Source: an uncultured Eubacteriales bacterium (GTDB taxonomy: Bacteria > Bacillota > Clostridia > Oscillospirales > CAG-272). Taken from it: a DNA stretch of 64,000 nucleotides. Below, in pieces: positions 1-10,373 of this stretch; positions within the stretch are counted from its first letter, which is position 1, and the number at the start of each line of letters is the position of its first letter. The position numbers and the translations under genes are program-made. The notes under the pieces are model-generated. The model was not told the DNA's origin. It saw only the letters and a program-made list of their open reading frames with translations, and did not search any database. The stretch is taken from NCBI GenBank assembly GCA_905201895.1, contig CAJKPX010000004.1:13628-77627 (forward strand), given 5' to 3'.

Positions 1-2
1 TG

Positions 3-311
3 GAGCATGAATCGGGCTTTCTCTACCGCTATCTTGCCTTTCTGTCGGGCAGAATTCGCTATCTCAACCGCAAGATCGGATTTCTAACGGCAGGCAGTGC
101 AGAGCATCGCCTGGCACTCTATCTTGCCTCGCTTGGAAGCGACAGCGTGCATCTCGACGATTCGATCTCCTCGCTCTCCGAGCTGCTCGACGTGGGCCGT
201 GCCTCGCTATACCGCGCCTTTGACCGACTCAGCGCCGACGGCTTTATCCTCAAAAAAGGGCGCACCATTACCCTTCTCAACCGCGATGCCATGCAAAAGG
301 CATACCGTTGA
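3..311 (+). CDS. Crp/Fnr-family transcriptional regulator, C-terminal HTH part (5' end outside window)
   Basis: Frame 3 is open from the window edge to TGA at 309-311. Translation ends ...SISSLSELLDVGRASLYRAFDRLSADGFILKKGRTITLLNRDAMQKAYR, a typical Crp/Fnr C-terminal helix-turn-helix. Confidence 0.6.
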   Translation, partial: EHESGFLYRYLAFLSGRIRYLNRKIGFLTAGSAEHRLALYLASLGSDSVHLDDSISSLSELLDVGRASLYRAFDRLSADGFILKKGRTITLLNRDAMQKAYR

Positions 312-363
312 GCCCCCCCTTCAGTCAATCAAAAAAACACAAAAAAAGAAAGGAAACAACACT

Positions 364-1446
364 ATGAAACTCCGCATTCTTTCCCTGATCACCCTCCTCG
401 CTCTGCTCCTCACCATGACGGTGTCCTGCTTCCCGACCGGGCAGACTCCGAATGACGATGACCCCAAGGAAACCACCGACAACGCTACCACCAACAATGA
501 CGAAACTACGGGCAATCTTGACGATACCCCCAATCTGCCCGCAACGCTCAACGTATATACGCTCAACGGAACCACCGGCTTCGGCATGGCAAAGATGATC
601 GCCGACAACAAGACGAAAACCGACAGCATCTACAAGTTTGCGGTCAAAACTGATGCCTCCGAGGTGACTGCAGCCCTGATCAACGGCGATGTTGACATTG
701 CAGCCCTTCCCACCAATGCCGCTGCAAACGTTTACACAAAAACTAATGGCGGCGTGAAAATCCTTGCGGTCAACACGCTCGGCTGCCTCTATCTGCTCGT
801 CAAGGACGGAGTTGAGGTTTCGAGCATGGCAGACCTGCGCGGAAAAACCGTTTATGCCCCTGCTCAAAATCCCACCTTTATCTTTACCGACCTCTGCAAA
901 AAGAATAATCTGATCCCCGGGACCGACATCACGATCGACTCGACCAGCTTTGCTCAACCCGCCAATCTGCGCGACGCAATTGCAAGCGGTGCTATTGAGA
1001 TTGCAGTTCTGCCCGAGCCGATGGTCACCATGGCAATCAGCAAGGCTACCTCGAACGGCGTAACCCTGAAAAACGCAATGGATCTGACGGCAGAATGGGA
1101 TAAGGTCAACCCCGCAGGCTCGCTCGTTCAGGGCTGCGTGGTCGTGCGCACTGCATTCCTTGAGCAGTATCCCGACGCTGTGGAGATGTTCCTCACGGAA
1201 TACGAGGCGTCTGTGAACTATCTCCTCGAAAACGTTTCCGCAGGCGCTCAGCTCATCGTGGAGGCAGGCATCTTTGCACAGGCAGCGGTTGCAGAAAAAG
1301 CCATCCCGAAATGCAATATTTGCTTCGTCACGGGCGACACCATGAAATCGGCAATGAAGCTTTATTTGAAGGCACTCTACGATATCAATCCTATGTCGGT
1401 TGGCGGCGCACTTCCCGCCGATGACTTCTACTACGCAGGAAAATGA
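364..1446 (+). CDS. ABC transporter substrate-binding lipoprotein (NMT1/THI5/SsuA-like, NitT/TauT family)
   Basis: ATG at 364 follows AAAGGAAA RBS. Signal peptide plus lipobox (LLLTMTVSC), then a D/T/N-rich linker. Followed by cognate permease and ATPase. The track ORF start at 97 overlaps the upstream regulator and was trimmed. Confidence 0.75.
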   Translation: MKLRILSLITLLALLLTMTVSCFPTGQTPNDDDPKETTDNATTNNDETTGNLDDTPNLPATLNVYTLNGTTGFGMAKMIADNKTKTDSIYKFAVKTDASEVTAALINGDVDIAALPTNAAANVYTKTNGGVKILAVNTLGCLYLLVKDGVEVSSMADLRGKTVYAPAQNPTFIFTDLCKKNNLIPGTDITIDSTSFAQPANLRDAIASGAIEIAVLPEPMVTMAISKATSNGVTLKNAMDLTAEWDKVNPAGSLVQGCVVVRTAFLEQYPDAVEMFLTEYEASVNYLLENVSAGAQLIVEAGIFAQAAVAEKAIPKCNICFVTGDTMKSAMKLYLKALYDINPMSVGGALPADDFYYAGK

Positions 1447-2207
1447 ATTCAAGGCTCAAGCGGCTCATCCGCCTCACGCTTTCAACGGCGTTCTGGATTG
1501 CGCTGTGGGCATTCGCCGCACATCAGGTGGGAAAGCCTCTCCTCTTTCCCCCTCCTGCGGCGGTAGCTGTGCGGCTTTGGGAGCTTCTGCAAAGCGCAGA
1601 TTTTTATCGAATCACGGCAAGATCGCTCTGGAACGTGCTGGCAGGTATCCTGATTGCCACCGTTGGCGGCTCTATGCTCGCAATCCTGACCTCACTCGTT
1701 TCATTTCTGCGCGATCTGGTCCTGCCGATCATGACAGTGATCAAAACAACGCCCGTTGCCTCCTTTATCATTCTCGCGCTGATCTGGATCGGCTCGGCAC
1801 GCGTGCCAACCTTTATCACGATTCTGATCGTGCTCCCGATTATTTGGACCAACCTCGACGTTGGCTTTTCCAAAATTGACCCGCAGCTCGTTGAGCTGAC
1901 GAGAGTCTATCATTTCTCCTTTTTCAGACGCCTGGAAACGCTCACGATTCCCTCTCTCATGCCCTATTTCATTTCGGCATGCCGCACCTCGGTTGGTCTT
2001 GCCTGGAAGGCAGGCATTGCCGCCGAGATCATTGCGATGCCGTTTGGAACGGTGGGTATGATGATCGGAGAGGCAAAGCTCTATCTCATGACCACCGATA
2101 TGTACGCTTGGACGCTCACCGTGATCCTGTTGAGTCTGTTTATCGAATTTGTGATCTCCGCTCTGCTTGGAATGGTCGCAAAAACACCGTTGGAAAGTGA
2201 GGTCTGA
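1443..2207 (+). CDS. ABC transporter permease (NitT/TauT/SsuC-like)
   Basis: ATGA start/stop overlap with the binding protein. 254 aa, multi-TM, BPD_transp_1-like. Confidence 0.8.
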   Translation: MNSRLKRLIRLTLSTAFWIALWAFAAHQVGKPLLFPPPAAVAVRLWELLQSADFYRITARSLWNVLAGILIATVGGSMLAILTSLVSFLRDLVLPIMTVIKTTPVASFIILALIWIGSARVPTFITILIVLPIIWTNLDVGFSKIDPQLVELTRVYHFSFFRRLETLTIPSLMPYFISACRTSVGLAWKAGIAAEIIAMPFGTVGMMIGEAKLYLMTTDMYAWTLTVILLSLFIEFVISALLGMVAKTPLESEV

Positions 2208-2208
2208 T

Positions 2209-2799
2209 ATGCTGAAAATTGAAAATCTCTCTTTTTCCTATGGAAAAACAAGGGTTTTACAGGATTTCAATCTCTCGCTCGCATCGGGTGAGCTTCTCTC
2301 CGTGATGGGTCCCTCGGGATGTGGAAAAAGCACGCTGCTCCACCTGATCGCAGGACTGTACCGCCCCACCGCAGGCAAGCTGACGGTGAAGTTTCCGCAG
2401 GTCTCCTACGTTTTTCAGGAGCCGCGCCTCTTTCCGTGGCTCACGGTTGAAAAAAACCTTGCCGCCGTTCTGCCCAATCCCAAGCAAAATGCCGACCGAA
2501 TTGCCGAGGCGCTTGCAAGGGTGGGACTATCCGACGCTGCAAAGCTCTATCCCTCGGAGCTTTCGGGTGGCATGAAAATCCGCGCGTCTCTGGCACGTGC
2601 ACTTGTTTTTGGCGGTGACCTGTTTCTGCTCGACGAGCCTTTCTCGGCACTCGACGAAGAGCTGCGCACCCGCCTGACACGCGATCTGCGTGATTACTTC
2701 AAGCAAAACGGAATTTCGGCAATTCTTGTGACGCATCAGGCAACCGATGCAGAGATTTTTGCCGATAGGGTTTTGCATCTAAAAAAAATCGACCAATAA
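2209..2799 (+). CDS. ABC transporter ATP-binding protein
   Basis: Start MLKIENLSF directly after the permease stop. Walker A GPSGCGKST, signature LSGGMKIR, Walker B LFLLDEPFSALD. Confidence 0.85.
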   Translation: MLKIENLSFSYGKTRVLQDFNLSLASGELLSVMGPSGCGKSTLLHLIAGLYRPTAGKLTVKFPQVSYVFQEPRLFPWLTVEKNLAAVLPNPKQNADRIAEALARVGLSDAAKLYPSELSGGMKIRASLARALVFGGDLFLLDEPFSALDEELRTRLTRDLRDYFKQNGISAILVTHQATDAEIFADRVLHLKKIDQ

Positions 2800-2808
2800 A
2801 AACAACAA

Positions 2809-2853
2809 GAACGGCACATCCCGAAAAAGTGGATGTGCCGTTCTTTCTTTTTG
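2809..2853. terminator. Bidirectional intrinsic terminator between ABC operon and proC
   Basis: 13-bp perfect stem GAACGGCACATCC/GGATGTGCCGTTC. T-run follows on the plus strand and an A-run precedes it (a T-run on the minus strand). Confidence 0.65.
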
Positions 2854-2868
2854 CTCTTAAAATGAGCT

Positions 2869-3675
2869 TTATTTCTTGATTTTTAGGGTCTTTTCATATG
2901 CGGCGATCACCGCATTCATGGCAGATGCACGGAATGCGCCCTCCTCCAAGGCGTGCACGCCTGCGATCGTGGTGCCGCCGGGACTGCATACTGCATCCTT
3001 GAGCGCGCCGGGATGCTTACCGCTCTGCAGAAGCAGCTTTGCGGCACCCACCAGCGTTTGCGCGGCGTAGAAGTTTGCCTTATCGCGCGCGATTCCGCAG
3101 GAAACGGCACCGTCTGCAAGCGCCTCGGCAAAGAGATAGACGAATGCAGGACCACAGCCCGAGAGTGCGCTTGCCGCGTCGATCTTATCCTCCGGGATCG
3201 CGTCGAGGCATCCCGCGGCAGAAAGTGCGTGGCAAAAGCCATCGCATTGCTCGGGTGCAGTCTTTTCATTTGCACAATAAAGGATCATTCCCTCTCCCAC
3301 CGAAACAGGCGTGTTGGGCATGATACGAATGATCGCACACGGACGTCCCGCCAACCGTTCTACCGTTTCAATCGCAACGCCTGCCGCCATGCTCACCAGC
3401 ACGAATGGCGTCTTGCGCAGGAGCAGAAGCGGACGAAGCATCTCAAAAAGCGCCTCAAAGCCCTGCGGCTTGACACCGAGAAAGATGTAGTCACATTCAG
3501 CGGCAAGCGTTTGCAGATCGGACACCTGCGCACCCGTTTGCGCTGCCAGCGCCTCCGTTTTTTTCACATCTGCATCGCAAAGGATAAGCGAGCGTCCGCT
3601 CACCGTCTTTGCAACCGCAACGGCAAGTGCACCGCCCATGTTGCCACAACCGATAAATCCAAATTTCGTGTTCAT
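2869..3675 (-). CDS. proC: Pyrroline-5-carboxylate reductase
   Basis: MNTKFGFIGCGNMGGALA Rossmann N-terminus, 268 aa, last gene of proB-proA-proC, GGGAGG RBS. Confidence 0.9.
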   Translation of the reverse strand: MNTKFGFIGCGNMGGALAVAVAKTVSGRSLILCDADVKKTEALAAQTGAQVSDLQTLAAECDYIFLGVKPQGFEALFEMLRPLLLLRKTPFVLVSMAAGVAIETVERLAGRPCAIIRIMPNTPVSVGEGMILYCANEKTAPEQCDGFCHALSAAGCLDAIPEDKIDAASALSGCGPAFVYLFAEALADGAVSCGIARDKANFYAAQTLVGAAKLLLQSGKHPGALKDAVCSPGGTTIAGVHALEEGAFRASAMNAVIAAYEKTLKIKK

Positions 3676-3690
3676 ATCCGATCCCTCCCG

Positions 3691-4947
3691 TTAGCGAATC
3701 TGTCCGTTTCCGTAAATGATATATTTGTAGGTTGTGAGCTCCTCGAGCCCCATCGGACCTCTTGCATGAAGCTTTTGCGTAGAAATTCCGATCTCGCATC
3801 CGAGGCCGAATTCTCCGCCGTCGGTAAAGCGCGTGGAGGCGTTGACGTAAACCGCCGCGCTGTCAACCGCCGAGGTGAAATATGCGGCAGTCTCGGCACA
3901 TTCGGTCACGATCGCCTCGCTGTGATGCGTGGAATGGCACGCAATATGCGAAATGGCATCGTTCACGTTGTCTACAATAGCAATTGCGAGGACGTAATCG
4001 AGAAATTCGGTGTCAAAATCGTCTCTCGAGGCAGGAACACCCGAAATGATCTCTTTGGCTTGTGGGCAAAGACGCAGCTCGATTGGAGCGACACCGCGTG
4101 CGATGCGATCCTCGACCAGACGTGCACGGAGTCGGGGCAAAAAATCTGCCGCAATTGCGCGATGCACCAAGCAAACCTCCGCCGCATTGCAGACCGACGG
4201 ACGGCTTGCCTTTGCGTTTTCGATAATGTCAAGTGCCTTTTCAAGGTCGGCATCGTCGTCCACGTAGATATGGCAGATACCCGTTCCCGTTTGAATGCAG
4301 GGGACCTTCGCGTTCTCCACGCAGGCACGGATCAGCCCCGCACCGCCGCGCGGAATCAGAAGATCGACGTATTCGATTGCCGTCATCAGCTCGTTTGCCC
4401 CCGCACGTGTCACGTCCTCGAGAATATTGACGAAATCGGGCTGCAACCCAAGTGCGGCAAGTCCCCGTCGCATTGCCGCCACGATTGCGGTGGACGAGCG
4501 GTATGCCTCCTTACCTCCGCGCAGAACGCAAACGTTTCCGCTCTTGAGTGCCAAAGCGGCGGCATCGGAGGTGACGTTTGGGCGGCTTTCGTAGATGATT
4601 CCCACCACCCCCATCGGCACACGCGTTTTTTTGATGGCGAGACCGTTGGGGCGAGTCCGCTCCTCGATCACGCAGCCGATCGGATCGGGGAGCGCAACCA
4701 CCTCGCGGATACCGTTTGCCATTGCCTTGATGCGCACGGCGTCAAGGCGGAGACGGTCGATCATCACCTCGCTCACCTGCCCTCTCGCTTCCGCAACGTC
4801 AAGCTCATTTGCAGAGAGGATCGCCTCACATTCACGCTCAAGTGCATCTGCCATTGCAAGCAGGGCTTCGTTTTTCGTATCGGTATTCAAGAGCGCCAAT
4901 GCAGGTGCCGCCGCCTTGGCTCTTTGTAAAATTTCAAGCGTAGTCAT
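3691..4947 (-). CDS. proA: Gamma-glutamyl phosphate reductase
   Basis: Aldehyde-dehydrogenase-type ProA sequence ([15 protein letters not shown]...). ATG at 4947 with GAAAGGA RBS was preferred over the track start at 4974, which overlaps proB. Confidence 0.9.
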   Translation of the reverse strand: MTTLEILQRAKAAAPALALLNTDTKNEALLAMADALERECEAILSANELDVAEARGQVSEVMIDRLRLDAVRIKAMANGIREVVALPDPIGCVIEERTRPNGLAIKKTRVPMGVVGIIYESRPNVTSDAAALALKSGNVCVLRGGKEAYRSSTAIVAAMRRGLAALGLQPDFVNILEDVTRAGANELMTAIEYVDLLIPRGGAGLIRACVENAKVPCIQTGTGICHIYVDDDADLEKALDIIENAKASRPSVCNAAEVCLVHRAIAADFLPRLRARLVEDRIARGVAPIELRLCPQAKEIISGVPASRDDFDTEFLDYVLAIAIVDNVNDAISHIACHSTHHSEAIVTECAETAAYFTSAVDSAAVYVNASTRFTDGGEFGLGCEIGISTQKLHARGPMGLEELTTYKYIIYGNGQIR

Positions 4948-4970
4948 ATATACTGCAATCCTTTCGGGCA

Positions 4971-5735
4971 TCATTGCGCGAAAAAGCGCGTGCCAACGGC
5001 TTTTCCGTCAAAGAGATCGTAGAGAAGCTCGGGGCGTTCTCCATTGAGAATGACCATCTCGCAACCATCTGCCATGCAAAGCTCTGCCGCTCGGAGCTTG
5101 GTGCGCATACCGCCCGTTCCGAGCGAGGAGCCCTCACCGCCTCCCAGAGCGATAATATCCGGCGTGATCGCGCCAACCTCTGCGATGAGACGGGCATTGG
5201 GGTCCTTGTGCGGATCGGCAGTATAGAGTCCGTCGATGTCCGAGAGCAGGATCAGTCGGTCTGCCTTGATGCTGACCGCAACCATTGCAGAGAGCGTATC
5301 GTTGTCGCCAACCTTGATCTCCTCGGTGGCGATGGTATCGTTTTCATTGATAATCGGCAAAACATCCAGCTCAAGGAGGCGGCGCATGGTATTTTGGAAA
5401 TTCTGATAGCGATCCTCGTGCCGAAAATCCGAGCCCGTGAGCAGAATTTGTGCCACGGTGTGGTGATACTCTCCGAAAAGCTTATCGTAAGTATACATCA
5501 GCTCACATTGCCCCACCGCCGCTGCCGCCTGCTTGGTGGGGATATCGGAGGGACGCTCCTTGAGCGAAAGCTTGCCAACTCCCATTCCAATCGCACCCGA
5601 TGAGACCAGAATAACCTCATGCCCACAGTTTTTCAGATCACTCAACACGCGGCAGAGCGCTTCTACGCGGCGAATATTGAGGCACCCCGTTTGATGTGCC
5701 AACGTGGATGTTCCGACTTTAACAACAACTCTCAT
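4971..5735 (-). CDS. proB: Glutamate 5-kinase (short form without PUA domain)
   Basis: [14 protein letters not shown]...[10 protein letters not shown] amino-acid kinase motifs. 254 aa. First gene of the proBAC operon. Confidence 0.9.
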   Translation of the reverse strand: MRVVVKVGTSTLAHQTGCLNIRRVEALCRVLSDLKNCGHEVILVSSGAIGMGVGKLSLKERPSDIPTKQAAAAVGQCELMYTYDKLFGEYHHTVAQILLTGSDFRHEDRYQNFQNTMRRLLELDVLPIINENDTIATEEIKVGDNDTLSAMVAVSIKADRLILLSDIDGLYTADPHKDPNARLIAEVGAITPDIIALGGGEGSSLGTGGMRTKLRAAELCMADGCEMVILNGERPELLYDLFDGKAVGTRFFAQ

Positions 5736-5778
5736 GATTTTTCTCTCCGGATAGGCAAATACTTTAGTTTGTTAATAT

Positions 5779-5807
5779 ATTATAATCAATTTGCGTGCAT
5801 TCGTCAA
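5779..5807 (-). promoter_or_regulatory. Sigma-A-type promoter for proBAC
   Basis: Minus strand reads TTGACG, 17 nt, TATAAT (-35 at 5802-5807, -10 at 5779-5784). Confidence 0.5.
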
Positions 5808-5836
5808 GTAGTTTTCAAGAAAAAATGACGCAGGAC

Positions 5837-5865
5837 TTGCAAAAAAAGAAAAGGTATGGTATACT
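5837..5865 (+). promoter_or_regulatory. Sigma-A-type promoter (extended -10) for ABC-F gene
   Basis: TTGCAA, 17 nt, TATACT, with TGn immediately upstream of the -10. Confidence 0.5.
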
Positions 5866-5897
5866 TGTAAGGATTGAAAAAACAAAGGCGGTACAAA

Positions 5898-7496
5898 ATG
5901 ATCACAATTTCCAATTTGAGCTTCCATTTCGGCGGTCAGCTGCTTTTCAAGGACGTTGACCTCAAATTCACACCCGGGAACTGCTACGGCATCATCGGCG
6001 CAAACGGCGCAGGCAAATCAACCTTTCTTAAAATCCTTTGCGGCGAGCTGGAGCCCTCCACAGGCGAGGTCTCGATCCCCGAGAGCGTTCGCATGTCGGT
6101 GCTTCGCCAGGATCACTTTGCTTTTGACGGTTACTCGGTGCTCGACACCGTGATGATGGGAAACAAGCACCTCTATGACATCAAGGTTGAAAAGGACGCA
6201 ATCTACGAAAAAGAGGATTTCGACGAAGCGGACGGCATTCGCGCGTCGGAGCTGGAGGCAGAGTTTGCAGAACTGAACGGATGGGAGGCAGAATCCGAAA
6301 TTTCTCGCCTGATCCAAGGGCTGGGGCTTTCGGAGGACCTGCTCTACGAGCAGATGTCCTCGCTCAAGGAGAGTGAAAAGGTGAAGGTGATGCTCGCACA
6401 GGCACTCTTTGGCAACCCCGATATCATCATGCTCGACGAGCCGACCAACGGTCTTGATATCGACGCGATCATGTGGCTCGAGGATTTTCTTGCCGACTAT
6501 TTCGGCACCGTTCTCGTTGTTTCGCATGACCGTCATTTTCTCAACGACGTTTGCACCAATATCGTAGACATCGACTACAACGGCATCAAAATGTACATTG
6601 GTAACTACGAATTCTGGTATGAATCGAGCCAGCTCATCCAGCGTATGATCAAGCAGCAAAACCGAAAGGCGGAGGAAAAAATCCGCGAGCTGCAAACCTT
6701 TATTGCGCGCTTCTCGGCAAACAAATCCAAATCGCGCCAGGCAACCTCGCGCCGCAAGCTGCTCGACAAGCTCACCATTGAGGAGCTCCCCGCATCGAGC
6801 AGACGCTACCCCTTTATCGGCTTTGACATGGATCGCATTGCGGGCAAGGATATTCTGTTTGTTAACGGACTTTCCAAATCGGTGGACGGCACTCCGCTTT
6901 TCCAAAACGTCTCCTTCACGGTTGGAAAGGAGGACAAGATCGCGCTTGTTGGAAACGAAATGGCGATTACCGCGCTTTTCCGCATTCTGATGGAGGAGGA
7001 TACTCCCGACAGCGGTGATTTCAAATGGGGCGTGAGCATCACGAAGTCCTATTTTCCGCACGATAACACCCCCTATTTCAAGGAGTGCACCCTGCCGATC
7101 ATCGAATGGCTTGCGCAATACTCCAAGGAGACCACCGAGACCTATCTGCGCGGATTTTTGGGCAGAATGCTCTTCTCCAACGATAGCGTATTCAAGCCGG
7201 TCAACGTACTCTCGGGTGGCGAGAAGGTGCGCTGCATGTTCGCACGCATGATGCTCTTTGGCTCGAACTTTTTGCTCCTCGATCAGCCCACCGACCACCT
7301 CGATCTGGAGTCGATCAGTGCAGTCAACCACGGTCTTGCCGCCTTCAAGGGCAACCTGATCTTCTATTCGCACGACTATGAGCTGGTGAACACGGTTGCA
7401 AACCGCATCATCGAGATCACGCCCGACGGCGGCATCATTGACCGCCCGGGCACCTACGAGGAATATCTCGAGTGGAAAAAAGCTCAACAAGAATAA
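5898..7496 (+). CDS. ABC-F family ATPase (two NBDs, no TMD; translation-factor type)
   Basis: Start MITISNLSF after AAAGGCGG RBS. Two Walker A motifs (GANGAGKST; second NBD degenerate), a Q/R/K-rich inter-domain linker and two LSGGE signatures. Confidence 0.85.
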   Translation: MITISNLSFHFGGQLLFKDVDLKFTPGNCYGIIGANGAGKSTFLKILCGELEPSTGEVSIPESVRMSVLRQDHFAFDGYSVLDTVMMGNKHLYDIKVEKDAIYEKEDFDEADGIRASELEAEFAELNGWEAESEISRLIQGLGLSEDLLYEQMSSLKESEKVKVMLAQALFGNPDIIMLDEPTNGLDIDAIMWLEDFLADYFGTVLVVSHDRHFLNDVCTNIVDIDYNGIKMYIGNYEFWYESSQLIQRMIKQQNRKAEEKIRELQTFIARFSANKSKSRQATSRRKLLDKLTIEELPASSRRYPFIGFDMDRIAGKDILFVNGLSKSVDGTPLFQNVSFTVGKEDKIALVGNEMAITALFRILMEEDTPDSGDFKWGVSITKSYFPHDNTPYFKECTLPIIEWLAQYSKETTETYLRGFLGRMLFSNDSVFKPVNVLSGGEKVRCMFARMMLFGSNFLLLDQPTDHLDLESISAVNHGLAAFKGNLIFYSHDYELVNTVANRIIEITPDGGIIDRPGTYEEYLEWKKAQQE

Positions 7497-7525
7497 AATA
7501 ATACGAAAAATGCAATGAAAACAGA

Positions 7526-7575
7526 GGAAAACGCCTTCCATGCAACGTAGCATCGAAGGCGTTTTCCTTTGTTTA
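7526..7575. terminator. Bidirectional intrinsic terminator
   Basis: Stem GGAAAACGCCTTC/GAAGGCGTTTTCC followed by a T-run. Lies between the convergent ABC-F and htrA-like genes. Confidence 0.65.
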
Positions 7576-7604
7576 TTTCAAGGCAGAAATACCGTCTTGC
7601 CGCA

Positions 7605-8834
7605 TCAGCCGGCGCCAAGCTCAACCTTTACGGTAACGCTCTCGCCGTTGCGCTGAACCTTGAAGCTGACCTCATCGCCAACCGAATAGGTGTAGAGCTG
7701 CTCGGTCAATTCCTCAACCGTTCTCACGCGCTTGCCGCCCATCGAACAGATGATATCCCCTACCTGCAGCTTGCCGTCGGCGCCGCTTCCCGAGGTGATG
7801 GAGGTTACCAAAATACCGTCGGTCTCGGCAATACAGAGCTGCCCCCGATAGGTGTATTCATCGCCCTGTTCAACCGTTGTGCAGGAGATTCCCAGAACGG
7901 GGCGCACCTTTGAGAAGGAAGGGTTGACGTCATCAGCGTGTCCCTTCTCCACGATCGCCCGAAGAATTTCCATCGCGCCGTTGATCGGAAGCGCATAGGA
8001 AATCCCCTCGGTATCGGTCTTTTTCCGCGTCACGATGCCGATCACCTCGGCACGGTCATTGCAAAGCGGACCGCCCGAGTTGCCGGGGTTAAGTGCCGCA
8101 TCAGTCTGGATCATTGAAAGCTCAACCGCCGAGGTACCCACAGTTACGGTCACCTTTCGGTTCAGCGCCGAAACAATGCCCTGCGTGGTCGACCAAGCCC
8201 CATCCTCGCCCGAAGGATTGCCAACCGCAATCGCCACGTCACCAACGTGCAACCCGTCGGAGTTCCCAATGGCAGGCACCACATATCCTGTACCCTTGAT
8301 TTTGAGCACTGCAAGGTCCTCGTTTTTACGGTAGCCCACAAGCTCTGCCTCAATCCGCTCATTTGGTGCATCCGAGAGCGAAACGGCATAGTAGTCGGCA
8401 TTCTCCACAACGTGATAATTGGTTGCAAGATAGCCGTCGGTGGTCAAAAAGAAGCCGGTTCCGTATGCATAAGAGGTCTCGTTTGCCGCATACACCAGCA
8501 CGGTGGCGGGCGTGATGATCTCGGAAACCTGTCCCGTTGTCAGGGCACCACCCGTTTGACCGCCGCCAATCGGTACGTTCCCCTGATTGCTCGGCTGTGC
8601 CTGATACCAGATCAGCGTGGCAGCCAGCAGCGCAAAGCAGAGCATGAAGACAAAAACCGTGACGAGCGCATAAACCAAAGCACCGCTTTTGCGCTGCTTT
8701 TTCTTCATCTGCGCGTCATAGGCACATTGCTCGTCATAGCGCCAGCGATAACGATATTCGGGCGTCTCACTTCGCTCCGAGCCTTCGCCCGTCGGAGTGC
8801 TCTGCCCATCCCTTTTCCATTCTTCGTTTGCCAT
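7605..8834 (-). CDS. HtrA/DegP-family trypsin-like serine protease with PDZ domain, membrane anchored
   Basis: N-terminal TM (ALVYALVTVFVFMLCFALLAATLIW), GNSGGPL catalytic serine motif, C-terminal PDZ. ATG at 8834 with GGAAAGGA RBS was preferred over GTG at 8852. Confidence 0.85.
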   Translation of the reverse strand: MANEEWKRDGQSTPTGEGSERSETPEYRYRWRYDEQCAYDAQMKKKQRKSGALVYALVTVFVFMLCFALLAATLIWYQAQPSNQGNVPIGGGQTGGALTTGQVSEIITPATVLVYAANETSYAYGTGFFLTTDGYLATNYHVVENADYYAVSLSDAPNERIEAELVGYRKNEDLAVLKIKGTGYVVPAIGNSDGLHVGDVAIAVGNPSGEDGAWSTTQGIVSALNRKVTVTVGTSAVELSMIQTDAALNPGNSGGPLCNDRAEVIGIVTRKKTDTEGISYALPINGAMEILRAIVEKGHADDVNPSFSKVRPVLGISCTTVEQGDEYTYRGQLCIAETDGILVTSITSGSGADGKLQVGDIICSMGGKRVRTVEELTEQLYTYSVGDEVSFKVQRNGESVTVKVELGAG

Positions 8835-8858
8835 AGAAAATCCTTTCCACACCGCGTG

Positions 8859-10328
8859 TCAATCCTTCGGCAGCGTGCGTGGGAGCGTGAAATGGAATTC
8901 ACAGTATTTCCCCGCCTCACTCGAAACGCCGATCTGCTCTCCGTGTGCGTTTACAATCGTCTTTGCAATATAAAGTCCCAAGCCAACCCCCGATTTGTCC
9001 AGACCGCGGCTCTTGTCGCTCTTATAAAAGCGATCGAACACCATCGGCAGGTCCTCTGCGGGGATTCCTTCTCCCTCATTATATACCGAAATCAGGGCTT
9101 TTTTGTCCTTTGTATAAGAAATTTTGATGCGGAAAAGTCCGCCATCATAGGAAAATTTCACGGCATTGTGACAGATATTGTAAAAAATCTGATAGATCGC
9201 ATCGTGATCTGCAAGCACACTCATGCGATCCTCGTCACATTCAAATTCAATATTGAGCCTTTTCTCCTCGATTTTTTGCTCAAACGAGATGAGAATTTGC
9301 CTTGCCATCTCACAGATGTCAAAGGGCTTCATCGTAAACTTTCGCTCTCCTGCCTGGATACGCGAAATATCGAGCAATGTTGCAACAAGTCTCGAAAGAC
9401 GGTGCACCTCAACCGAAACAACCTCCAGATAATGATCGCGCGATTCGGGTGGAATCACGCCGTCGCGGATGCCGTCGATGAAGCCTGCGATCGTCGTCAT
9501 CGGGGTTCGCAGATCGTGCGAAACGTTTGCAACGAAGGAATTGCGCATCTTCTCGAGGTTTTCGAGCGAATCCGCCATCTGGTTGAACGCCTCGGCAAGC
9601 TCTGCAACCTCGTCCTTTCCTCGCACACGCACGCGACTGTCGAATTTTCCGAGTGCGAAATCACGTGCCGCTCTCTGCATCTCGCGCAGGGGCGCGATGG
9701 TTCGCTCGGTCAGAAAATACGCTGCGATGAGCGAAGCCAGAAGCACCAGCGTAGCCGAGGTGATGATTGTTTGGGTCAGATTTTCCACGGTGAAGCCGAG
9801 ATTGCGATCGCGCGAGCAGACCGCGATCATGCCGCAAAGCTCGCCATCCTCGTTATAAACACCGACCGCACAGGTGAATACCGACCGCCCCAGCGCCTCG
9901 ATTTTGAGCGTGCCCATCACCTCACCGCCAACCTTGAGCGTTTTTGTGATTGCAGACGGCAGATCGCCGCCAATCGCCCCGACGGGCTCCTCACCCTCAA
10001 TCGTGCAGATATGACAAACCCGGCCGTTGACGTCGGCAAGAAGAACCGACAGATCTGCCTCAAAGCCCGCAGCCGAAGCAAGCAACGGAGCAAGCTGGGT
10101 CTCCCCAATTTCATCCAGAATAGACGCAAAATCATCGGGGACTGTCCCTGCCACCTTTTCCCCCAGATAGGTTTGCGTCAGCTCCGCCGTATTGGACATG
10201 AGCGTTGCCTTTGCCTCGGAGGAATAATTGCCGCCAATAGACGTTACGATCATGAGCAGCAAGGAAAAGCCGAACACGATGATCACCATGAACGCCGTAA
10301 CGTACTTGGCAAAAATACTTTTGAACAC
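8859..10328 (-). CDS. Sensor histidine kinase (TM-HAMP-HisKA-HATPase_c)
   Basis: GTG start with GGGAGG RBS. H-box FVANVSHDLRTPMT. N and G boxes near the C-terminus. Confidence 0.85.
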   Translation of the reverse strand: MFKSIFAKYVTAFMVIIVFGFSLLLMIVTSIGGNYSSEAKATLMSNTAELTQTYLGEKVAGTVPDDFASILDEIGETQLAPLLASAAGFEADLSVLLADVNGRVCHICTIEGEEPVGAIGGDLPSAITKTLKVGGEVMGTLKIEALGRSVFTCAVGVYNEDGELCGMIAVCSRDRNLGFTVENLTQTIITSATLVLLASLIAAYFLTERTIAPLREMQRAARDFALGKFDSRVRVRGKDEVAELAEAFNQMADSLENLEKMRNSFVANVSHDLRTPMTTIAGFIDGIRDGVIPPESRDHYLEVVSVEVHRLSRLVATLLDISRIQAGERKFTMKPFDICEMARQILISFEQKIEEKRLNIEFECDEDRMSVLADHDAIYQIFYNICHNAVKFSYDGGLFRIKISYTKDKKALISVYNEGEGIPAEDLPMVFDRFYKSDKSRGLDKSGVGLGLYIAKTIVNAHGEQIGVSSEAGKYCEFHFTLPRTLPKD

Positions 10329-10373
10329 GTGCCGCCTCCCAAATGCAAAAATCAGATCGGATCGAGGTGACGA

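Noticed and set aside
97-1446. N-terminally extended versions of real genes in the ORF track. Examples: 97-1446, 2167-2799, 5874-7496, 12834-14093, 17633-18856, 21370-22509, 23506-24357, 27788-28285, 31689-32561, 49683-51050, 51167-52513 and 59523-60713.
   Set aside because: The upstream extensions overlap neighbouring genes, promoters, the T-box or CIRCE, and they lack an RBS. In each case an internal ATG with a good Shine-Dalgarno and the family-typical N-terminus was chosen instead.
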